This document shows, one piece after another, positions 1-5,675 of a stretch of 45,394 bases of DNA (the first letter of the stretch is position 1; every line of letters begins with the position of its first letter). A model generated the notes under the pieces. The model searched no databases. It saw nothing but the letters and a program-made list of their open reading frames with translations, and had not been told where the DNA came from. Location: the IMG/VR virus record IMGVR_UViG_3300032315_000882, positions 1-45,394 of that record; one strand, given 5' to 3'. A program made the position numbers and the translations under genes. This DNA comes from a virus. Taxonomy: Duplodnaviria > Caudoviricetes.

Positions 1-123
1 GACCGGCCTTGGCTGGCGCAGGCAACTCTTCGAGCTTGTCGAGCGCCGACGCCAAGGCATTCAGGCACAGCGTTTCGGTCACGGGGTATGGGTCACGCGC
101 AACGACTTCCCGCGCAGCGGAGA
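1..123. repeat. Terminal direct repeat, left copy (123 bp); circular assembly overlap or genome terminal redundancy
   Basis: 1-123 (gaccggccttgg...gcagcggaga) is identical to 45272-45394. Confidence 0.95.
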
Positions 124-313
124 TGTATTCTTCGGCGACGCCCAGATTAAGCGCGATGGGGAGCCACCTGTCCCAGTAGACAGGGTCAAGGACTGGGCGG
201 CAGGCGATCAGCACGACGGTGATGTATTCTGCCTGCTTCTGAATGGGGCGGGGAACTTCTTGCTGCAGCGGGGCCAGCGCCAGGCTCGCGGCCATGAGGG
301 TTGAAACGATCAT
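1..313 (-). CDS. Hypothetical 110-aa protein spanning the circular junction (313->1, then 45271->45252); signal-peptide-like N-terminus
   Basis: Manual translation MIVSTLMAASLALAPLQQEVPRPIQKQAEY...PAKAGQGWAGQ*. Its TGA overlaps the ATG of the Cro-like gene (ATGA) and it starts just after the stop of the 316-513 gene. Not in the ORF track because it crosses the join. Confidence 0.7.
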   Translation of the reverse strand, partial: MIVSTLMAASLALAPLQQEVPRPIQKQAEYITVVLIACRPVLDPVYWDRWLPIALNLGVAEEYISAAREVVARDPYPVTETLCLNALASALDKLEELPAPAKAG

Positions 314-315
314 TG

Positions 316-513
316 TCAGTCAATCCAAAAGAGGGAAATGACGCCAGCCAGAGCGGCCAGAATGATGATAGAGCGCGGGCGCAGGACCTCGGCCACGGCC
401 TTGAACCACAGCGGCGGCTCGTCGGAGGGGCGGAAGTCAAACCCACGGTCGGACTGGCTGGTGGCCTGGGCCGCTTTCATGCGGTGGCAAACGTGTTCGT
501 GGCGGTCGTTCAT
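316..513 (-). CDS. Small membrane protein (65 aa, C-terminal TM helix)
   Basis: ATG at 513 preceded by AAGGACAGAGACA; C-terminus SIIILAALAGVISLFWID is hydrophobic; 3' part of track ORF 316..867. Confidence 0.65.
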   Translation of the reverse strand: MNDRHEHVCHRMKAAQATSQSDRGFDFRPSDEPPLWFKAVAEVLRPRSIIILAALAGVISLFWID

Positions 514-555
514 TGTCTCTGTCCTTTTTGCTGTCGGCTTGTCCCGACGGGCTCT

Positions 556-587
556 CTCTCTATACCCGGCCCAGGCGTTGTACAAGC
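556..587 (-). promoter_or_regulatory. Leftward early sigma70-type promoter (GCTTGTAC-N17-TAGAGAG)
   Basis: Minus strand reads gcTTGTACaacgcctgggccgggtaTAGAGAg; same GCTTG-N20-TAGAGAG geometry as the rightward promoter. Confidence 0.6.
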
Positions 588-620
588 ATTTTCTCACATG
601 CATATTTTTCACAACCAAAC

Positions 621-652
621 GCTTGACACCCATTTCGGACAGGCCTAGAGAG
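621..652 (+). promoter_or_regulatory. Rightward early sigma70-type promoter (GCTTGACA-N17-TAGAGAG)
   Basis: Perfect TTGACA at 623-628, 17-nt spacer, TAGAGA at 646-651, upstream of the first + strand gene. Confidence 0.7.
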
Positions 653-696
653 GGTGGGCAGCCGGGACAAGCCGCTGCGACAGAAGGACAACAGCT

Positions 697-1035
697 ATGA
701 CCGACCTCAAGATCGCCTTCATCATCCTGCCCCTGCGCGACAACCAGGGCCTCAAGACCACCGAGGCCCACGCCGCCCTGCGCGACGCCGTCCTCGACCA
801 CTTCGGCGGCTACACCCAGACCCTCGTGACGGGCGTCTGGCGCAACGAAGACGGCGTTGTCTTCCACGACGACAGCCTGAAATACGAGATCGCGATGGAC
901 ACCGGCGTCGGCGCTGGCAAGAAGCTGGTCGAGATCGCAGCCCAGGCTTGCCGCGACGCCGACCAGCAGTGCGTCATGATCCAGGTCGCCTCGGGCCGCG
1001 TCTCCTTCGTGAAGCAGAACGGGGAGATGAGCTGA
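697..1035 (+). CDS. Early protein, PII/ferredoxin-like fold; possible S-adenosylmethionine lyase-like anti-restriction protein
   Basis: Good RBS (GAAGGA). Motifs TLVTGVWRN and AAQACRDADQQCVMI resemble, from memory, T3 SAMase TDLTGCYRE and ARLACNEWEQDCVLV. First gene of the early arm. Confidence 0.5.
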   Translation: MTDLKIAFIILPLRDNQGLKTTEAHAALRDAVLDHFGGYTQTLVTGVWRNEDGVVFHDDSLKYEIAMDTGVGAGKKLVEIAAQACRDADQQCVMIQVASGRVSFVKQNGEMS

Positions 1036-1286
1036 TGCTCTACCTCACCGAAGATCAATGGCTCGACGCCGGGGCCCTCTTCGCCAAGCGCGTCCTCGAC
1101 ACGATGGACGTGGCGATGACCGAAATCTACGGCGTGCACACCAAGCCGGAGGGCTTAGTTCTCCCTGTAGCAGCTTGGGGCGCACGCGACGCCGACCTGC
1201 CCGTCCTGCTCAAGGCCCTCGGCGAGCAGTTCAAAAAGAACATGGACTATATGGGCTTCGCGCTCGAGAGAGAGGAGGGCAACTGA
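1035..1286 (+). CDS. Hypothetical protein (83 aa)
   Basis: TGATG coupling with the upstream gene, GGGGAG RBS; MLYLTEDQWLDAG... Confidence 0.75.
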   Translation: MLYLTEDQWLDAGALFAKRVLDTMDVAMTEIYGVHTKPEGLVLPVAAWGARDADLPVLLKALGEQFKKNMDYMGFALEREEGN

Positions 1287-1474
1287 TGCGCGACGCTCTC
1301 TTCACGCTGGCCATGCTCGTGGTCTTCCTGGCCAACCTCCTGTCTATGGGTGAGTGGTATCGCTTCGCCTCCGACAGGAACTTGAGCACCCCCCTCTTCT
1401 CGGGGGGCCTCACCGCCCTCCTGGTGGCGGGCGTGTGCCTCGAGGCCATCCTGGCCGTATGGTGGCTCGCATGA
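1286..1474 (+). CDS. Small 2-TM membrane protein (62 aa)
   Basis: TGATG coupling, GAGGAGG RBS, two hydrophobic segments. Confidence 0.7.
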   Translation: MRDALFTLAMLVVFLANLLSMGEWYRFASDRNLSTPLFSGGLTALLVAGVCLEAILAVWWLA

Positions 1475-1668
1475 CCCGCATCCAGCTCAAGGGCATGACG
1501 ACGCGCGGGCTGATCGAGTTTGCCCGTCTCGCCCACCTGAACCTGATGAAGCCTGACGGCGACCTCATCCTCGAACTGGCCGAGCGCCTCGACGACGTCT
1601 ATCCCTTCGACGCCGACGAGCAACCGCAGAACGTCTACAACGACTTTGAAAAGGAAACCATGCTGTGA
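1471..1668 (+). CDS. Hypothetical protein (65 aa)
   Basis: ATGA overlap; MTRIQLKGMTTRG...; phage-like codon usage. Confidence 0.65.
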   Translation: MTRIQLKGMTTRGLIEFARLAHLNLMKPDGDLILELAERLDDVYPFDADEQPQNVYNDFEKETML

Positions 1669-2072
1669 ACATCACCCTCGACATCAAATGCCCCGAGCTG
1701 GCCCAGGCCATCAACAACCTGGCCGCCGCCATGTCCATCCGCTCGGTCGACGGCGCGCTGCGCGACATCGTCAAGCCCGCCGAGAAGCCCTTCCTCGGTG
1801 CCGTGAAGGCGGTGTCGCCGCCCAAGGCCAAGCCCGCCCCCGAGCCGGTGGTCGAGGCCGCCGCCGTCCCTGAACAGGAACCCGCCGCCGAGCCGGTGGC
1901 CCCTGCGGCCGACTACACCCAGGTCAAGGCCGCCGTGCTGAAGGTCTCCCAGGAGAAGGGCCGCCCCGCCGCCGTCGAGCTGCTCGGTGAGTTTGACGCC
2001 AAGGTCGGCGGCGATCTGGCCGAAGAGCAGTGGGGCCCCTTCCTGGCCCGCGCCGCCGAGGTGCTGGGCTGA
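1665..2072 (+). CDS. Conserved phage protein with Pro/Ala/Glu linker (typical neighbour of DUF2800)
   Basis: GTG start with AAGGA RBS; low-complexity linker followed by helical C-terminus VKAAVLKVSQEKGRPAAVELLGEF. Confidence 0.75.
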   Translation: MNITLDIKCPELAQAINNLAAAMSIRSVDGALRDIVKPAEKPFLGAVKAVSPPKAKPAPEPVVEAAAVPEQEPAAEPVAPAADYTQVKAAVLKVSQEKGRPAAVELLGEFDAKVGGDLAEEQWGPFLARAAEVLG

Positions 2073-2293
2073 TGCGGCGGGGCATGTCCAGCCCTTCGGG
2101 CGGCGCGTTGATCTTCGGCGCAGGCCTGGTGGTGCCGGTCCTGCCCCCACCCGCCGCCCTTCCCGTGCTGCCTCGCAATGTGAAGGCGGTGCGGGTAGGG
2201 GAGGTGGACGTCATGCTCACCCGGGGTGAGCGCAAGCGCGTGCTGCGCAGACTGTTGGTTATGAAAGCGCAAAGAGGAGACATCGAAACATGA
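2072..2293 (+). CDS. Hypothetical protein (73 aa)
   Basis: TGATG coupling upstream and ATGA overlap downstream. Confidence 0.5.
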   Translation: MRRGMSSPSGGALIFGAGLVVPVLPPPAALPVLPRNVKAVRVGEVDVMLTRGERKRVLRRLLVMKAQRGDIET

Positions 2294-2760
2294 CATCCCG
2301 CTGGGAAGACATCGGCGGCTTTGAGGGCCGCTACCAAGTCAGCGACCACGGCGAAGTTCGCAACGTAAATACCGGGCGGGTGCTTACGCCTGGGGCTGGC
2401 AGCAACGGCTATTTGTTCATCCGTCTCGGCCGGGACAGCAAGGCGCACCTGGTTCATCGGTTGGTGGCGGCAGCTTTTGTTCCCGGCGACAATGCACTCC
2501 AGGTCAACCACAAGGATGGCCAACGTGGTCATAATGTCTGGACCAACCTCGAGTGGTTGTCGTGCGGCGACAATCACCGGCACTCCTACCGCGAGCTGAA
2601 CCGCAAGGAACACGCGCTGAAACGCCCCGTGCGGGTCGGCGGTGTTGTGTACGAAAGCGGCAAAGACGCTGCCGAGGCGCTCGGCGTCAACCCCGGGTCA
2701 GTCATGTCGGCGATCCACAGAAACCACCGCGTCCGTGGCCTGGAGGCAGCCTATGTCTGA
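2290..2760 (+). CDS. NUMOD4-HNH homing endonuclease
   Basis: WEDIGGFEGRYQVSDHGEVR (NUMOD4); HRLVAAAF...VNHKDGQRGHNVWTNLEW (HNH); C-terminal YESGKDAAEALGV HTH-like motif. Confidence 0.9.
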   Translation: MTSRWEDIGGFEGRYQVSDHGEVRNVNTGRVLTPGAGSNGYLFIRLGRDSKAHLVHRLVAAAFVPGDNALQVNHKDGQRGHNVWTNLEWLSCGDNHRHSYRELNRKEHALKRPVRVGGVVYESGKDAAEALGVNPGSVMSAIHRNHRVRGLEAAYV

Positions 2761-4021
2761 GGCCCCACAACACGCGATCCTGTCGGCCAGCGGCGCGCCC
2801 GGGTGGATGCGCTGTTACGGCAAGCTCGCCCTCGAAAAGCCTTTCCCTGAAAGCTCGTCGGTCTACGCCGACGAAGGCACGGCGGCGCATGAAGTCGCGG
2901 CTATGTGCCTGGAGCAGGGGCAGGACGCCGCCGCGTTTATAGGGCGGATCATCGAGGTGCCGAAGACCGGCCGCAAGTTCGAGGTTGACGAAGAGATGGC
3001 CGAGGCGGTCCAAGTTTATTTGGACCTGTGCCGTTCCTTCGGGGGCGACCGTGTCGTCGAGCAGAAGTGCGACTACAGCACCTGGATTTTGGATCAGGAG
3101 CAGATCGACGCAGGCGTCACCGCCTACGGCACGACCGACTTCGGTACGATCTTGCCCGAGCTGCGCGAGATTGTCGGGATTGATTATAAGCACGGGCAGG
3201 GGGTGGCCGTCAGCGCCGAGGAAAACGAACAGCAGCAGCTGTATGTCTGTGGCCTGATCGACCTGTTTTCGCTCGTGTACGACATCGAGGACGACTGGAC
3301 CGTGCGCCTGATTATCTCGCAGCCCAGGGCGAACAACAAAAGCGAGTGGCTGACCACCGTGGGTGAGCTGAAGCAGTTTGCCCTGCGGGCCAAGATAGCC
3401 GCGCGCCACGCTATGCACCAATACGACGGCAAGGCTGAACCCAAACTTGTGCCCGGCGCGAGCCAGTGCCAGTGGTGCAAGGCCAAGGCCGTCTGCCCGG
3501 CCCTCGCCGCCGAGACCACCGCCGTGGTGACCACCGCCGCCAGCGTCGACGACTTCGCCGACCTGACCACCGAGACCCTCCCCGCCGCCCTTGCCGAAGT
3601 GCCGAGCGACGTGCTCGCCGAGGCGCTGTCCAAGGTCGACCTGATGGAGATGTTCTGCCTCGCCGTCCGCGCCGAGACCGAGCGCCGCCTCCTCGCCGGT
3701 GTCGAGGTGCCAGGCTTCAAGCTGGTCGAAGGCAAGCGCGGCCACCGCAAGTGGGTCAACCCCGAAGAGGCCGAGCTGCAGCTGCGTTCCATGCGGCTCA
3801 AGACGGAGGAGATGTTCGAGCTGAAACTCATCTCCCCGACCACGGCCGAGAAGCTCGCCAAGGCTGGCACCATCGGCCCCCGCCAGTGGAAGAAGCTGCA
3901 GGAGCAATACGCCCAGAGCCAGGGCAAACCCTCGGTGGCCTTGGCCAGCGACAAGCGCCCCGCCCTGTCGCTCGGCGCGACTATGTCCGACTTCGCCCTG
4001 ATCGAGGAGCCGCTGGTATGA
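2753..4021 (+). CDS. DUF2800-family Cas4-like PD-(D/E)XK exonuclease
   Basis: HAILSASG..W..C, EGTAAH, GTTD...IDYKHGQG, CQWCKAKAVCP, GFKLVEGK motifs; ATG 2753 with GGAGG RBS. Confidence 0.85.
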   Translation: MSEAPQHAILSASGAPGWMRCYGKLALEKPFPESSSVYADEGTAAHEVAAMCLEQGQDAAAFIGRIIEVPKTGRKFEVDEEMAEAVQVYLDLCRSFGGDRVVEQKCDYSTWILDQEQIDAGVTAYGTTDFGTILPELREIVGIDYKHGQGVAVSAEENEQQQLYVCGLIDLFSLVYDIEDDWTVRLIISQPRANNKSEWLTTVGELKQFALRAKIAARHAMHQYDGKAEPKLVPGASQCQWCKAKAVCPALAAETTAVVTTAASVDDFADLTTETLPAALAEVPSDVLAEALSKVDLMEMFCLAVRAETERRLLAGVEVPGFKLVEGKRGHRKWVNPEEAELQLRSMRLKTEEMFELKLISPTTAEKLAKAGTIGPRQWKKLQEQYAQSQGKPSVALASDKRPALSLGATMSDFALIEEPLV

Positions 4022-4113
4022 CCTGGTTCGATTTCGTTCTCACCGCACTGGCCCTCTACGGCTGCTACAAGTTGATGATCGACGTCGTCGACACCCTCTG
4101 GCCGGTGCGTTAA
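4018..4113 (+). CDS. Small membrane peptide (31 aa)
   Basis: ATGA overlap, GAGGAG RBS, MTWFDFVLTALALYGCYKLMIDVVDTLWPVR. Confidence 0.5.
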   Translation: MTWFDFVLTALALYGCYKLMIDVVDTLWPVR

Positions 4114-4279
4114 CCCCATGTCTCGAATGATCGGAAAGCTGCCCGCCAGCATCGAGGCTCTCTTCAAAGAGGCAGCAAATACCGGCTTGCCTGGGTCTCT
4201 GGCCCGGCGTATAGCCATAGATCGTGCCTACGAAAGTGCGTTGAAATCAAACCCTGAACTCTTCAAGAAAGATACGAAC

Positions 4280-4846
4280 ATGAAAGTCAATTTTCTGGCC
4301 CGCTGCGCCTTCATCAACGTCTTCGAGCCCACGGCTATCGACGGCGGCGACCCGGCGTTCAACGGCAAGTTCATTGTCGACCCGGCCGACACGGCCACGG
4401 TCAAGAAGCTCGACGAGGCCATGCTGGCCGTGGCCCGGGAGAAGTGGGGGGCCAAGGCCCAACAGGTCTTCGACAACCTGGTCAAGACCGGCAAGAAGCC
4501 CGAGGTCGGCTTCGTCAAGGAGCCCTACAAGAACAAGGACGGCGACGCCTACGACGGCTTCGAGGACATGTTCTACGTCACGGCCAAGACGTCGACCCGC
4601 CCCCTGCTGATCGACAGGGACAAGACCCCGCTGGTTCAGTCGGACGGCCGCCCCTACTCGGGCTGCAAGGCGATCATCCAGGTCGAGTTCTGGGCGCAGG
4701 ACAACAAGTGGGGCCGGGGCATCCGCGCCCAGCTCAAGGGCCTGCAGTTCCACAGCGACGGCGACGCCTTCTCGGGCGGCGCACCGGCCTCTGCTGACGA
4801 CTTCGACGACATCGCCGACGGCGTTGACGCGGGAGACCTCGCATGA
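4280..4846 (+). CDS. ssb: DUF2815-family single-stranded DNA-binding protein (alternative start at 4118)
   Basis: YSGC...FWAQDNKWGRGIRAQLKGLQF..DGDAFSGG and acidic tail ASADDFDD; sits between exonuclease and polymerase. Confidence 0.85.
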   Translation: MKVNFLARCAFINVFEPTAIDGGDPAFNGKFIVDPADTATVKKLDEAMLAVAREKWGAKAQQVFDNLVKTGKKPEVGFVKEPYKNKDGDAYDGFEDMFYVTAKTSTRPLLIDRDKTPLVQSDGRPYSGCKAIIQVEFWAQDNKWGRGIRAQLKGLQFHSDGDAFSGGAPASADDFDDIADGVDAGDLA

Positions 4847-5016
4847 ACCGGGACAGCGCCCTCGACCTGCTCGCGGCTGCCGCGCTGCAGGGCATCCTCG
4901 CCCACGGCGGCAGCACCTACGACCACCTGGACTTCAACGAGACGGTAGAACTGGCTGCCGCCTACGCCGAAGCCCTCCTCGAGCGGCTTGACAACCCGCC
5001 CCAGGACGAGGTCTAA
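4843..5016 (+). CDS. Conserved small phage protein (57 aa)
   Basis: ATGA overlap, GGGAG RBS; MNRDSALDLLAAAALQGILAHGG...AAAYAEALLERL resembles a common phage AxxAMQG...AYxxADA pattern. Confidence 0.7.
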   Translation: MNRDSALDLLAAAALQGILAHGGSTYDHLDFNETVELAAAYAEALLERLDNPPQDEV

Positions 5017-5024
5017 CAGGAGAA

Positions 5025-5049
5025 GGGGTGGTCCTCCCGGGCCACCCCC
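5025..5049 (+). other. GC-rich intergenic stem-loop without U-tract
   Basis: GGGGTGGTCC-tccc-GGGCCACCCC between the stop at 5016 and the RBS at 5059. Confidence 0.5.
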
Positions 5050-5072
5050 GATCTGCCAGAAGGACAAGAGAC

Positions 5073-5675
5073 ATGAGCAAAGATAGAAGAAACTACAGCA
5101 TGCGCCTCAACGCGCAGCAGAAGGGCCCCGCCCTTCCCGACACGACACCCCTGAAGACTGGCGACACCCCGGTCTTCGACCTTGCGCGCGGCGACACCGA
5201 CCCCGCCCCGAAAGGCCCAACCCCCTTCCAGTATTTTGCCCGTGTCGCCAGCGACCGCCGCCGGGGCACGCCCCTCCCTCCCGAAGCCACGGGCGATCCG
5301 CACCCCGACAGGCTGGCCCGCGCCGAGGCGCTGCGCCAGGCGCTGATCGAAAGGGACAACCGCTACCGGATCGAAGGCTCGGAGGATCGCGTCGACAGCT
5401 CGCCCGTACCGAGGGGCCAGCGGTCCCAGACACCAGACATCCCCCTTCCCCTCAGCTATTACGTCGACATCCCTGCGGACGAGGCCTTCATCGAAGGGCG
5501 GCGCGGCGAGGACGTGCTCTACTTCATGACGATCTCCGACGCCGCCCGCTGCATGACCGGTGAGAGCCGGGACGCCTGGCGCACCGCCATCAAGAACGCC
5601 GCCGACGGCACCACCAAGGGGGCCTTCGGCTGGACCTGGTTGCGGCTGCGCAGCCGCAGAGGGAAGAACCGTTGA
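5073..5675 (+). CDS. Hypothetical protein with C-terminal NUMOD1-like DNA-binding motif
   Basis: GAAGGA RBS; C-terminal YFMTISDAARCM...AIKNAADGTTKGAFGWTW. Confidence 0.6.
   Translation: MSKDRRNYSMRLNAQQKGPALPDTTPLKTGDTPVFDLARGDTDPAPKGPTPFQYFARVASDRRRGTPLPPEATGDPHPDRLARAEALRQALIERDNRYRIEGSEDRVDSSPVPRGQRSQTPDIPLPLSYYVDIPADEAFIEGRRGEDVLYFMTISDAARCMTGESRDAWRTAIKNAADGTTKGAFGWTWLRLRSRRGKNR

Noticed and set aside
1-123. Terminal repeat as a true phage DTR or att site
   Set aside because: It falls in the middle of an ORF that reads through the join, which fits an assembly overlap better; reads are needed to decide
4986-5016. GCTTGACA as a third early promoter
   Set aside because: No matching -10 at the spacing seen in the two divergent promoters; lies within a CDS
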